Assembly (NCBI GenBank): GCA_009692365.1
Contig: SHZJ01000003.1
Coordinates: 65,250 to 129,249 of the forward strand
Reading direction: 5' to 3'
From: Gammaproteobacteria bacterium
Lineage (GTDB): Bacteria > Pseudomonadota > Gammaproteobacteria > Ga0077536
Length of the DNA stretch: 64,000 nt
The translations under genes and the position numbers were made by a program. The notes under the pieces are model-generated. The model ran no database searches. It had not been told where the DNA came from and saw only the letters and a program-made list of their open reading frames with translations. Positions within the stretch are counted from its first letter, which is position 1; every line of letters starts with the position of its first letter. This document shows positions 9,436 through 19,349 of this stretch, piece by piece.

Positions 9436-10266
9436 TCAGTCGGCCTTACTGGCGTCGACCAGCCAAAGCGCACCACCGAGCGCCACGCCGCCGTCTTTCT
9501 CGTGGGCGGCGAACGCCTGTTTGAGCCGCTGCGCGGCCGTCGCCCGCACCTCTTTGCTGCTTTCGGCGAGCGCCAAGGCCGCCGGGCCAATCTGCAGGAG
9601 CAGACGCACCGCCGCCTCCACCCCGCCCTCGCGGGTGAGACAGAGGGGGAAATCCAACGCCCTGAACACCACCTTGGTAAAGCCCGCTCGCGCCAGAATG
9701 CCCTCAAGCCGCCCTGGGTCGGCCAAGGCAAAAGGGCCGGGGGCCGTTGCCGCCGGGGGTGGGGCGGCGGGCAGCAATTCGCGAATAGCGTCCATCGGGA
9801 GGGTCGCCCACTGGTTGTCGGCCGCCGCGCGCCAGCAACTGAACACGAGGCGGCCAGCGGGGCGGAGGTTGTCCGCGAGCGTGGCAAAGGCGAGGTCCGG
9901 ATCGGCAAAGAACATCAGACCAAACTGCGACACCACCAGATCAAACGGCGTCTCGCTGCGCCAGAGCGCGGCATCAGCTTGCACCAACTGCGCCCGGCCA
10001 GCCGTGCGCTGGGCCGCGACGGCAAGCATCGGCGCGGACACATCTAAGCCCGTCACCTGCGCCCCATCCGCCAGCCACAGGGTACAGGTCTCCCCTGTCC
10101 CGCAGCCCACGTCGAGCACGCGCTGGCCGGCCACCGGCCCCACCTGCGCGTGCAATGCCGCCGAGGCGTGGGCGAACATGAGATCGAGGCTAGCCTGCAG
10201 CGTGACGAATTTTTCGCCCACGCGACCGTTCCAAAGATCGATCTGGGCCTGGTTTGCGCTGCTCAT
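9436..10266 (-). CDS. class I SAM-dependent methyltransferase
   Basis: 276 aa with motif I VLDVGCGTGE and downstream motifs of the Rossmann-fold MTase family. Confidence 0.75.
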   Translation of the reverse strand: MSSANQAQIDLWNGRVGEKFVTLQASLDLMFAHASAALHAQVGPVAGQRVLDVGCGTGETCTLWLADGAQVTGLDVSAPMLAVAAQRTAGRAQLVQADAALWRSETPFDLVVSQFGLMFFADPDLAFATLADNLRPAGRLVFSCWRAAADNQWATLPMDAIRELLPAAPPPAATAPGPFALADPGRLEGILARAGFTKVVFRALDFPLCLTREGGVEAAVRLLLQIGPAALALAESSKEVRATAAQRLKQAFAAHEKDGGVALGGALWLVDASKAD

Positions 10267-10622
10267 CGATACACTGCCGGTTGTCGTGAGAGGAGGCTGG
10301 CAAGGCGGCGCGCGGCGCGCAACTCAGCCACAGTTCAAGCACGCGCCAGCGCGGCGCACCGCCCGTGAAGCCGCAGAATATCGAAAGCTCGCGAGCGCCG
10401 ATACCCCGGGTGGTAACGCGCCAGCGGTGGCTGGCGGCAGTGGCAGCGCGGGCGAAAATGGCCGCCCGGGTGGGGGCCGCGGGACGCCGGGTGCCGCAGG
10501 TTCGTCGCCAGCGGGTGGCCAAACGCGGCTGGTCCGCGCAGCCAAGCGCGGCGCTTGGCAATCCGCCGAGCGCACGCTGGCCAGCTGGATTCGCACCCGC
10601 CATCCAGCAAGTCTGGCCCGCC

Positions 10623-10649
10623 GCCGCCACCTCGCCGCCACCTCGCCGA
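10623..10649. repeat. 11-bp tandem repeat (gccgccacctc x2.4) inside a ~650-bp gene-free GC-rich spacer
   Basis: Seen directly in sequence. Confidence 0.5.
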
Positions 10650-10920
10650 CAATCAGCCCGCGACTTGAGCTTGGGGCGCCGACGGCGCGGTGCAGCGGCC
10701 CTGTCAGCGACAGCATCGCCTGCTAACGAACAATCCCACGCCATCCTGTAGACTGATGCCCGCTGTGGACGCCGGCGCGCTGGCGCGCCCGCACCACCGT
10801 TCGCCAGCGCAGCGAGTGGCAGCCCACGGGTCCCGCCCAGTCGCCAAAACCCCGAGGCGCTAACGGCGCGCCGACCGACTGCGCCGCCCGGGCGCCGCGA
10901 CCCATTTCAGGAGTGAAACA

Positions 10921-11769
10921 GTGCCCGTTCCTTTGCATTGGATCGGCGTTTCCGCAGTCGCCGCGGTGTTCGTCGTGATGTTCGCACTGGGCCTCACGCT
11001 GGGGCGCGAACAGATCGCCGCGGCGCTGGCGCGGCGCGTCGTGCTGACGGTGGTGGTGTTCGCAGTCCTCGTCCCCATTCCCGTGTTGGCGGTACTGGCC
11101 GTCAAACTTCTTGACCCGCCGCTGCCGGTGGCGGTCGGGATCCTGCTGATGGCGGTTTCGCCCGGCGCGCCGGTAGCACTGCGGCGGGCGATCGATGCGG
11201 GCGGCGACCACCATTTCGCGCCGGCCCTGCATCTGGCCATCGTGTTGCTCGCGGTGGTGAGCGTGCCGTTGAGCGTGGCGGTGATCGATAAAATCATCGG
11301 CACCGATTTCACCGTCTCCCCGCTAGCCATCGGCCGTCAGGTCTTCTTTGCGCAACTTTTCCCGCTGGCGCTAGGTGCCACGGTTCGCGCGCGGCGACCG
11401 GCACTCGCGGCGCGTTGGTCGCCCCCACTGGCGCGGATAGGCAACGTACTCATCCTCGGCATGGGCGCACTGGCACTGATCGACCTGCCGGCGGTCTTGG
11501 ACCGAATCGGCTGGCTGCCGAGCCTCACTGGCTTCGGGCTGACGGTGCTTTCGCTGGCGGTAGGCGCGGCTTTGGGCCACCGCGATGCGCAGGTCTGGCC
11601 CGCTGCGGCAGTTGCCACGGCAATGCGTAATCCGGGTCTGGCACTCCTGATTGCCACCGTCAATCACGCCTCACCGTTGGTGGTCACGGGTATCATCGGC
11701 TACGCCATTGGACTCGCGCTGGCGATGATGGCCTTCCTCCAGTGGCGCCGGCGGGCTACCGCGCACTAG
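10921..11769 (+). CDS. bile acid:sodium symporter (BASS/SBF)-like membrane transporter
   Basis: 282 aa, about 8-9 hydrophobic helices. GTG start preceded by AGGAGTG. Family assignment is from overall pattern only. Confidence 0.6.
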   Translation: MPVPLHWIGVSAVAAVFVVMFALGLTLGREQIAAALARRVVLTVVVFAVLVPIPVLAVLAVKLLDPPLPVAVGILLMAVSPGAPVALRRAIDAGGDHHFAPALHLAIVLLAVVSVPLSVAVIDKIIGTDFTVSPLAIGRQVFFAQLFPLALGATVRARRPALAARWSPPLARIGNVLILGMGALALIDLPAVLDRIGWLPSLTGFGLTVLSLAVGAALGHRDAQVWPAAAVATAMRNPGLALLIATVNHASPLVVTGIIGYAIGLALAMMAFLQWRRRATAH

Positions 11770-11983
11770 CGCGACCCATCGGCGAGCCGCGGCGCGGCGG
11801 GTGCGCCCGGAGTGCGCCGCAACCACGGTTAAGTTCGGCCGCGCGGCGCGCCACGACCGGACACCTCGTTGGACCGCCGTCCGGCAGAACCCAAGTCTTA
11901 GGGCCTTAAGCTAGCCAAAACCTACCGAACAGGTTACACGTAGCGGATAACTTGCCTGTCAAACTTAAGGCTCGCCGATACCC

Positions 11984-14812
11984 ATGAGCGAATACGATCC
12001 AACGGAACTCCCTGCACCAACACCCCGCAGCCGGCTACGCATCTGGATCTTGCTCACTCTCCTCCTCGGCGCCTGTGGTGGCAGTGGCTGGCTGGCATGG
12101 CGCTACGTCCGCGCCGGGGATAGCGCCGGCTGGTTAAAAACCGCCGAGGAGGCGCGGCTCGCGGGGCGTCTCAATGAAGCTGTGCTGCAATACAAAAACG
12201 TGCTGCAAATAGACCCCCAGCAAACGCTCGCGCGTTGGCGGCTGGGGCAAATATATCTAGAACTCAAACAAGCGGCCCCCGCGATCGCCGAACTGGAGCG
12301 CGCCCGCCCGCTACTGGCGACCCATCCTGAACTCGCTTTGGACTTGGCGCGCGCGTGGTTGGGTAACGGCGAGCCCAAAAAGGCCTTGGCCGCGCTCAAT
12401 ACGTGGACCGGCGAGCGTACCGCGGAAGTCCTCGCGCTCGACGCGCAGACGCAACAGGCCTTGGGGGACACCGCACGGGCAAAAGAAATGCTGGCCAAGG
12501 CCACGCAGCAGCACCCGCAGGCACCCAGCCTGCTGCTGGCCACCGCACGTCTGGCGCTCTCGCAAGGAGATTTGGCGGGTGCCGCAGGGTCGCTCAACGC
12601 CGCGTTGCAGGCCGCGCCCACCGACCCGGAAGCCCTCTTCCTCAGTGGCCAAACTGCCCTGATGCAGAATAATTTCCCCGCCGCCGAGGTGGCGTTCCGC
12701 GGCAATCTAAACCGGGCGGCGCGCAAAGAAGAGGGCTACGCCGGACTAATCCAAAGCTTATTAGCCCAAAATAAACTCAAAGAAGCCCACCTGGTCTTAG
12801 ACGAATTGGTGAAAGTGGCCCCCAAGAGCCCTGGCACTCGCTTCGCGCAAGGCGCGCTTGCCTATGCGGAGGGCAACTGGGGTGCGGCGGAGACAGCCCT
12901 TCTCGACATCCTCAATCTCATGCCAACCAACCCGCGAGCACTGCTCATGCTGGCGGACGCGGAATTGCACCAAAAGAAGTTCAACCAGGCCGGAGCCCAC
13001 CTAAAAACCTTCCGCACCAGCTACCCAGAACAGCTGGCTGGCGCGCGACTGTACGCTAACCTGATGCTGGCACAAGGCCGCCCCCAGGAAGCGGCGGCCG
13101 CGCTCAGGCCCCTCATCGGCGAGACGAGCAAGGATCCGGAGCTGCTGGCGCTGTTGAGCTACGCACAGTTTGCGGCCGGCGATGTCAAGAATGGCGCCAC
13201 CACGCTGGCGCGCGCGCAAATACTGGCGCCAGATGCGCCGAGCCTTAAGGCCCAGAAGGCGTGGGGCGAGGTGCTAGCGGGCGATACCGTCGGTGGCTTG
13301 AGCGAGCTGGAAGGCCTGGTCGCGGCCGCACCAGACAATGCGAGCCCCCGCCAATTGCTAGCCTATCTTCAGGTGCTGACGGGTCACTCGGAGGCGGCGG
13401 TAGAAACGGCGCAGGCGTTGGTCAAACTGCGGCCCAAGGACGCCCTGGCGTTCAACCTGTTGGGGATCGCTCAGGGGCAAGCCAAACGGCCTGACGACGC
13501 CGCGCGCAGTTTCGCGCAAGCGATCGCCATCGACCCCAATTTTGCGCCGGCGCTCACCAACGCTGGCGTGCTCGCGCTCGAGCGCAAAGACGTGAAGCAA
13601 GGGCGCGCCCAACTCGAAGCGGCCTTGGCGCACGACCCTGCCTACACCTCGGCCTCGCTGGCGTTGGCGTTACTCGCCGAGCGCGAAGGGCGCGCAGCGG
13701 ACGCCCGGCGGCTGGTTGAAACCGCGGCCAGCGCGCAGCCCCGCGCCGCGCAACCCCGCTGGATGCTGGCGCTGCGTAGCCTGCGGGAAGGCGACACCGC
13801 GACGGCCTTGCGCTACGGGCAGGAAGCCTTCGAGATTGCGCCCACCACGCTGCAGAGCCGGCTGCTCTGGGCGCAGATTTTGCTCGACGCACGCGCGCCC
13901 GAAAAAGCGCGCGAACTGCTGGTCGCACTCCATCAAGAAGACCCCACCCTCGCGCCCGCCGCGTTGCTGCTGGCCGCAGCCTACCGCCAATCAGGGAACC
14001 TCGAGGCTGCGCGTGAGACTTATCAAGCGCTCTTAAAGATCCAGCCCGACGACCTTCAAACGCTGTGGGGCTTATTCCAGTTGGAAGCTGGCAGCAAGCA
14101 CCTAGACGCTGCTCGAGTGGTGGTGGCCCGTCTGCAAAAAGCCCACCCCGCGCGCGCGCTGGGTGATCTGGCCAGTGGCCAGCTGGCCGCTGCCAACGGC
14201 GATTACGCCGCCGCCGTGCAGGCCTTCGCGGTCGCCTTCGACAAACAACCCTCGACCGCGATCCTCATCCAACTGGTGAGCGCGCTCCACGCGGCGGGTG
14301 ATTTATCGGGGGCGCAGCAGCGCCTCACGCACTGGCTAAGTACCCACCCGGACGATGTCACCGTGCGCGGCAATTTGGGTGGACTCGCCTTGGAGGGGGG
14401 GCAATTTGCGCTGGCTCAAACCCAGTTCGAGGCCTTGCTGAAGACCACCCCCGACAACCCGATAGCGCTCAACAATCTCGCTTGGTTGTACCAGCGCGCG
14501 GGCGACCCACGCGCGCTCAGTCTCGCCGAGCGGGCGCACACGGCCTTGCCCGACAGCGCGGAGGCCGCCGATACACTGGGCTGGATTTTAGTCCAAGCGC
14601 GCCAGCTCCAGCGCGGGCTGAAGCTGCTTGAACGCGCTCATCGTGACGCCAGCGCCCAGCCGAGCATTGCCTACCACTACGCCTACGCGCTGGTAGAAGC
14701 CGGCGACCTAGCGCCGGCCCGGGAAATTCTGCAGCGCTTGCTGGCAACGCCTGACAAGTTCGACGAGCGCGAAAAAGCCGAATTGCTGCAGCAGAAAGTC
14801 GGCGCCGGCTAA
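11984..14812 (+). CDS. 942-aa TPR-repeat lipoprotein, PEP-CTERM-system-associated PrsT-like
   Basis: N-terminal signal peptide with lipobox (LLLGACGGSG), followed by more than 20 TPR units along the whole length. Size and architecture match the PrsT family as I recall it. Confidence 0.65.
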   Translation: MSEYDPTELPAPTPRSRLRIWILLTLLLGACGGSGWLAWRYVRAGDSAGWLKTAEEARLAGRLNEAVLQYKNVLQIDPQQTLARWRLGQIYLELKQAAPAIAELERARPLLATHPELALDLARAWLGNGEPKKALAALNTWTGERTAEVLALDAQTQQALGDTARAKEMLAKATQQHPQAPSLLLATARLALSQGDLAGAAGSLNAALQAAPTDPEALFLSGQTALMQNNFPAAEVAFRGNLNRAARKEEGYAGLIQSLLAQNKLKEAHLVLDELVKVAPKSPGTRFAQGALAYAEGNWGAAETALLDILNLMPTNPRALLMLADAELHQKKFNQAGAHLKTFRTSYPEQLAGARLYANLMLAQGRPQEAAAALRPLIGETSKDPELLALLSYAQFAAGDVKNGATTLARAQILAPDAPSLKAQKAWGEVLAGDTVGGLSELEGLVAAAPDNASPRQLLAYLQVLTGHSEAAVETAQALVKLRPKDALAFNLLGIAQGQAKRPDDAARSFAQAIAIDPNFAPALTNAGVLALERKDVKQGRAQLEAALAHDPAYTSASLALALLAEREGRAADARRLVETAASAQPRAAQPRWMLALRSLREGDTATALRYGQEAFEIAPTTLQSRLLWAQILLDARAPEKARELLVALHQEDPTLAPAALLLAAAYRQSGNLEAARETYQALLKIQPDDLQTLWGLFQLEAGSKHLDAARVVVARLQKAHPARALGDLASGQLAAANGDYAAAVQAFAVAFDKQPSTAILIQLVSALHAAGDLSGAQQRLTHWLSTHPDDVTVRGNLGGLALEGGQFALAQTQFEALLKTTPDNPIALNNLAWLYQRAGDPRALSLAERAHTALPDSAEAADTLGWILVQARQLQRGLKLLERAHRDASAQPSIAYHYAYALVEAGDLAPAREILQRLLATPDKFDEREKAELLQQKVGAG

Positions 14813-14843
14813 GCCGCCAGGCCCGCGGCGCGAGCGACTCCAG

Positions 14844-15242
14844 CTAGCCCGGTAGGTAGGCGTTGACCTGAATCTCCACGACCTGCCCGGGAAAGCTCAG
14901 CGCCGCCACGCCTAAGCCAGTCCACGTGGGGGGCGGGTTTTGGCGCAGCACGTAGCGGTCTTTGATGACGATAAACGGCTCGAGTTGGGCGTGGATGTCG
15001 ACATGGTAGGTCGTCATCGCGTAGACGTGTTCGAAGCCCGCGCCCGCCTCGCTCAGCACCGCGCGCACGTTCTCGAAGGCCTGCACGATCTGCGCTTCTA
15101 AACCTTCGATTACCCGCATATTAGCGTCCCGCCCCACCTGCCCCGCACAATAAATCCACGGGCCAATGCGCACGGCAGGCGCGTAATGAAAACGCTCGAC
15201 GATGTGCCGCATGGTCGGCGGCACAATGGTGTGTCTGTCCAT
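14844..15242 (-). CDS. RidA/YjgF family reactive-intermediate deaminase
   Basis: 132 aa, YjgF/chorismate-mutase-like fold motifs. GGAG lies 13 nt upstream. Confidence 0.8.
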   Translation of the reverse strand: MDRHTIVPPTMRHIVERFHYAPAVRIGPWIYCAGQVGRDANMRVIEGLEAQIVQAFENVRAVLSEAGAGFEHVYAMTTYHVDIHAQLEPFIVIKDRYVLRQNPPPTWTGLGVAALSFPGQVVEIQVNAYLPG

Positions 15243-15619
15243 CGCTGATATCTCCGTTACTGGCTATGAGTTATTTCCTGGTGACCCGCCGGGCTAGCGG
15301 GGCGTTGCCGACCATCCATTCAGCGCCCGAGGATTTGCCGCTGGCGGCTGCCGCTAGGCGGGCGCGAGGCGGTGCGCGACAGCGCCCGCTCGGGCCCAGC
15401 CTACGCGCCAGACTGGGTGCAATTATGCGCGGTTTTAGGTGAGCGCGGCGGCGCCCAACGCGGTTTGCGACCCCTGCCTGAAAACCCGCGAGGCGGGCAG
15501 GAAATGCCGCCTCACAAGACCGTTTTTCGGGCGCCTTTTAGGCTCTCGCGGGCGGCGCTTCCCAGCGCAGCTAGAACGGTGCGAGACTCAGGCCATCTCA
15601 AGCGCAGAAGGATTTGACG

Positions 15620-16492
15620 ATGGATATTGGCTTTCTGATGATTGCGACCAACCAGTCAGGAAATCTGGCCCAGATCGCGCAGCGCGCCGAAGCAATCGGC
15701 TGCGACTCGCTGTGGATCCCCGAACACCCCATCATTCCGCGCGGCGACCATACGCCTTATCCCTTTGGCGGCCCCTTACCCGAACACTACGGCCGGTGGA
15801 GTGACCCCTTCATTGCGCTGATGGTGGCGGGCGCCGCGACCACGCGCATCAAACTCGCGACCGGCATCTGCCTGCTGCCCGAGCGGGAAACGCTGGTCAC
15901 CGCCAAAACCATTGCCAGCCTCGACTACTACACCGGCGGGCGGGTTTTGCTGGGGATCGGCGCGGGCTGGTTGCGGGAGGAAACCGAAATAATGGGCGCG
16001 AATTTTGGCACCCGCTGGCAACGGATGCGCGAGATGACGGAGGCCATGCGTAAACTTTGGACGGAAGACCATCCCAGTTATGCGGGTCGGCACGTCAACT
16101 TTCCGCCGGTACGCAGCGAGCCTAAGCCGCTGCAAGCCGGTGGCCCGCCGCTGCTGTTGGGTGGTCACGGCGAGAAAGCTTTGCGCCGAATCGCGCGCAG
16201 CTATGACGGCTGGTGCCCGTTGGCCAACGACCCCGTGGCCTTCGCGCGCGAGGCGGCCGAACTGAAAGAAATGTTCCGCGCGGCGGGTCGAGACCCCGCA
16301 ACGCTCAGCCTCAGCCCGTTCGTGGACCCGGAAAATGGCAAGCTGCCGGACAGCGCGCTGCGGGCTTTTCGCGCCGCCGGCGCGCAACGCTTGGTCATGT
16401 TCTACGCCACCCAAACGCAAGAACTCGCCGAAGGTGCGGCCCCGTATCTCGAGCAAATTGCCAACATCGTGACGCGCGCACGCGACCTCTAA
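15620..16492 (+). CDS. luciferase-like (LLM) flavin/F420-dependent oxidoreductase
   Basis: The ORF begins at a TTG at 15614; the ATG at 15620 (MDIGFLMIA...) has a GAAGGA RBS 8 nt upstream. LLM TIM-barrel motifs throughout. Confidence 0.75.
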   Translation: MDIGFLMIATNQSGNLAQIAQRAEAIGCDSLWIPEHPIIPRGDHTPYPFGGPLPEHYGRWSDPFIALMVAGAATTRIKLATGICLLPERETLVTAKTIASLDYYTGGRVLLGIGAGWLREETEIMGANFGTRWQRMREMTEAMRKLWTEDHPSYAGRHVNFPPVRSEPKPLQAGGPPLLLGGHGEKALRRIARSYDGWCPLANDPVAFAREAAELKEMFRAAGRDPATLSLSPFVDPENGKLPDSALRAFRAAGAQRLVMFYATQTQELAEGAAPYLEQIANIVTRARDL

Positions 16493-16543
16493 AAAAGCCG
16501 CCGGACAGGGGTGGTCGATGGGCAGCCATGGCCGCGCCGGCGC

Positions 16544-17011
16544 TTAGAGAAAACGCTCCAGCGTGCGCCGGCTGCGCGGGTCGAGCGCGGCCTGATCCTC
16601 CACCATGAATTGCAAACCGTGGTTGTCGGTGATGAGCAAGCGCCCCCCCGGCAGACGGCGGATGTCTTCCTCCGCTTTGAGCGTCAACTGCGTCGGTCCA
16701 CGGTCGGTTTGCAGCGTCCACACGCTGGGCGTCGAGAAGGTGGAGACTTTCTCGATGCCGAGAATGCGCGGCACAAATTCCCGCGGGGCCAGAGCCTCCA
16801 GCAGGAGTTGCTGGGTGGCGGCAGGCAGTTCGTCCAGCCGGTCGATGCTCACCAATTCTTGGCCTAGCGCCGATACCAGCGCCACAAACTCGTCGGGCGC
16901 GGTGAGCGGGAAAGCGCGCACCGGCAGCACGTCGTGATGGCAGGAGCCGTCCGCCAAGGTCAGGATCAGGCGCCCACGTGGCGAGCGTTCCAGCGTGAAT
17001 TGCGCGTTCAT
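16544..17011 (-). CDS. DUF1854-family protein (the cyanophycin-metabolism-associated family)
   Basis: 155 aa. Its ATG overlaps the stop of the upstream ABC gene as ATGA. I recall this family from cphA neighbourhoods; the recognition is by memory, not by search. Confidence 0.65.
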   Translation of the reverse strand: MNAQFTLERSPRGRLILTLADGSCHHDVLPVRAFPLTAPDEFVALVSALGQELVSIDRLDELPAATQQLLLEALAPREFVPRILGIEKVSTFSTPSVWTLQTDRGPTQLTLKAEEDIRRLPGGRLLITDNHGLQFMVEDQAALDPRSRRTLERFL

Positions 17012-19257
17012 GGATGGACTCCGGCCAGCTCACCTTCCTCGTGCTGGCGTAATTGCGCCTGATACAGCCGGGCGTAAATGCCCTCCCGCGCGAGCAAGTC
17101 GGTGTGGCTGCCGATTTCCGCCACGCGGCCACGGTCCAAGACCACTAGGCGGTCGGCCTTGCGCAACGTCGAGAGGCGGTGAGCCACGGCAATGGTCGTG
17201 CGGCCGCGGACTAAATTTTCTAGCGCACGCTGGATTTCTTTCTCGGTTTCGGTATCCACCGAAGAAGTCGCTTCGTCGAGAATGAGGATGCGCGGATTGA
17301 TTAACAACGCCCGCGCGATCGAAACGCGTTGGCGCTCACCACCCGACAGACCCTGCCCGCGTTCTCCCACCAGCGAATCGTAGCCCTGCGGCAGGCGCAG
17401 GATGAAATCGTGCGCGTGCGCTGCGCGCGCCGCGGCCACAATCTCGGCCCGGTTGGCGCCAGGCTTGCCGTAGGCGATGTTGTCCGCCACGGTGCCGAAA
17501 AAAAGAAAGGGTTCTTGGAGCACCAAACCGATATGCGAGCGGAAGGACGCCAGCGAGAGGTTTCGGATGTCGACCCCATCGAGCAGAATTTCTCCTGCGG
17601 CCACATCGTAGAAACGACACATCAGGTTAACCAGCGTGCTTTTGCCAGAGCCGCTTTGCCCCACCAGACCGATCATCTCGCCGGGCGCAATCTCCAGACT
17701 GATCCCCCGCAGCACTTGGCGGCTGCCATACCGAAAACCCACCTCACGCAACTCAATGCGGCCGCGCACGACCGGTATAGTCAGCGGCTGGCGGGGTTCG
17801 GGAACACTGGAGACATGGTCGAGAATATCGAAAATACGCTTCGCCGCAGCCGCCGCCTTTTGGGTATTGGAGACGATGCGGCTCATGGAATCGAGGCGCG
17901 CGTAGAAGCGCCCGATGTAAGCTAGAAAGGCCGTTAGAACGCCCACCGTGATCTCGTGCTGGGAAATTTGAAAAATCCCGAAACCCCACACCACTAACAG
18001 CCCCACCTCGGTCAGCAGGCTGACCGTCGGCGCGAACAGCGCCCAGGTTTTGTTGAGGCGGTCGTTGAGGGCCAGATTGTATTGGTTGGCGACCAGAAAC
18101 CGTTTGCTCTCGCGTTCTTCTTGGGCAAAGGCTTTGACGACGCGGATGCCGGGGATGGTATCCGACAGGACATTGGCGACCTCCGACCACACCCGCATCA
18201 GCTTCTCGAAACCGGTACGCAAACGATCGCGCACGGCATGGATCATCCAGCCGATAAACGGCAGCGGCAGCAGGGTAGTGAGCGCGAGCCAAGGGTCAAT
18301 CGAGAACAGAATGGCTGCCGTCATGAGTATCACCAACACGTCGGTCGCAAAATCGAGCGCATGCAACGACAGAAACACGCAGATGCGGTCGCTCTCCGAG
18401 CCCAATCGGCTGATGAGGTCCCCGGTGCGTTTCCCGCCGAAATATTCTAGCGATAAGCCCAGCAAATGATTAAACGTGGTCGTGCGTAAATCCGCTCCGA
18501 TCCGCTCCGATACGAGTGCTAGCAGATAGGTTCTAGCCCAACCCAGCACCCACGCAAATAGGGCTGCACACAACAACCCGCCGAGGTATAGAATCAGGCG
18601 CGATTGGTCGATCGGCGTGCCGTTCTGGAACGGAATAAGCACCTTGTCCATCAACGGCATGGTGAGATAGGGTGGAATCAAGGTCGCAAAAGTTGACCCC
18701 AGCGTGAACAGAAAACCAAAAAAGAGCTGGGTGCGGTAGGGTCTGGCGAAGCGCCAGAGCCGGAATAAGGTCCAGGTTGAGGGCGGGGCATCGAGCTCGC
18801 GGATACAGGCCGCGCACACGCCGGACGCCGGGTCCACGGGGCCACGGCATTCTGGGCACGGGCTGGGCGGCACGCCCGCTAGCCCACCATCCAAGCGCAG
18901 ACGAGCGAACTCGGCGACCACATGGGTGGCGCCTGTGCTGTGGGCCAAACTGAACCTCACGACGGCGAGCCTGGTGGCGCCCCGGGTAACTTCCACTAGC
19001 CCCACGCCCGCGTAGTCGGACTGGCGCAGGGCCAAGTCCGCCCCGATGGGCCACTCGTGTTCAGGCTCAGCGCCTGCCAGATGCAAAAGACGCTGCGTGG
19101 TAAGCACCAGTACGCCGGTGGCGTAGCGCAGGTCGGGAGTCAGGTCAGTTTCACAGCAAGCGCGCACCGATTCGTCGGGCGCCAAACGGGCTGCGATAAG
19201 CGCCCGCCAATCTGGCGGCAACAGGTTTAGCGAAGGAGCATGCAAATTTTCGATCAT
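17008..19257 (-). CDS. fused ABC transporter (N-terminal Cys4 zinc-ribbon-like cytoplasmic domain, 6-TM permease, C-terminal ATPase), cyanophycin-locus associated
   Basis: 749 aa. Walker A GQSGSGKST, signature LSGGERQRVSIARAL, Walker B ILILDEATS. The N-terminal ~170 aa contain CPECRG...CAAC. Confidence 0.85.
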   Translation of the reverse strand: MIENLHAPSLNLLPPDWRALIAARLAPDESVRACCETDLTPDLRYATGVLVLTTQRLLHLAGAEPEHEWPIGADLALRQSDYAGVGLVEVTRGATRLAVVRFSLAHSTGATHVVAEFARLRLDGGLAGVPPSPCPECRGPVDPASGVCAACIRELDAPPSTWTLFRLWRFARPYRTQLFFGFLFTLGSTFATLIPPYLTMPLMDKVLIPFQNGTPIDQSRLILYLGGLLCAALFAWVLGWARTYLLALVSERIGADLRTTTFNHLLGLSLEYFGGKRTGDLISRLGSESDRICVFLSLHALDFATDVLVILMTAAILFSIDPWLALTTLLPLPFIGWMIHAVRDRLRTGFEKLMRVWSEVANVLSDTIPGIRVVKAFAQEERESKRFLVANQYNLALNDRLNKTWALFAPTVSLLTEVGLLVVWGFGIFQISQHEITVGVLTAFLAYIGRFYARLDSMSRIVSNTQKAAAAAKRIFDILDHVSSVPEPRQPLTIPVVRGRIELREVGFRYGSRQVLRGISLEIAPGEMIGLVGQSGSGKSTLVNLMCRFYDVAAGEILLDGVDIRNLSLASFRSHIGLVLQEPFLFFGTVADNIAYGKPGANRAEIVAAARAAHAHDFILRLPQGYDSLVGERGQGLSGGERQRVSIARALLINPRILILDEATSSVDTETEKEIQRALENLVRGRTTIAVAHRLSTLRKADRLVVLDRGRVAEIGSHTDLLAREGIYARLYQAQLRQHEEGELAGVHP

Positions 19258-19349
19258 GGCCTATCTTATCGTGTGACCGGCGTGGGCGTAGCGTTCTGGC
19301 CGCAAGGCCGAGGCTGGCCGTTAATTTACCAGCGCGGAACCCCTACGTA

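Noticed and set aside
9068-10726. 552-aa plus-strand ORF spanning the PPTase 3' end and running antisense to the methyltransferase
   Set aside because: The translation is Ala/Arg/Ser/Pro-rich with no motif. This is the typical spurious long ORF of high-GC DNA, antisense to a well-supported gene.
10190-10751. ORFs 10190..10744(-), 10365..10751(+) and 10324..10716(-) in the 650-bp spacer
   Set aside because: All are Arg-rich (RRRR, PPRR) with no protein-like pattern. No RBS. Treated as non-coding.
18493-18512. Direct 10-bp repeat tccgctccga x2 inside the ABC transporter gene
   Set aside because: The ORF stays in frame through it and encodes ...ALVSERIGADLRT..., so this is a coincidental short repeat, not an indel or mobile-element scar.
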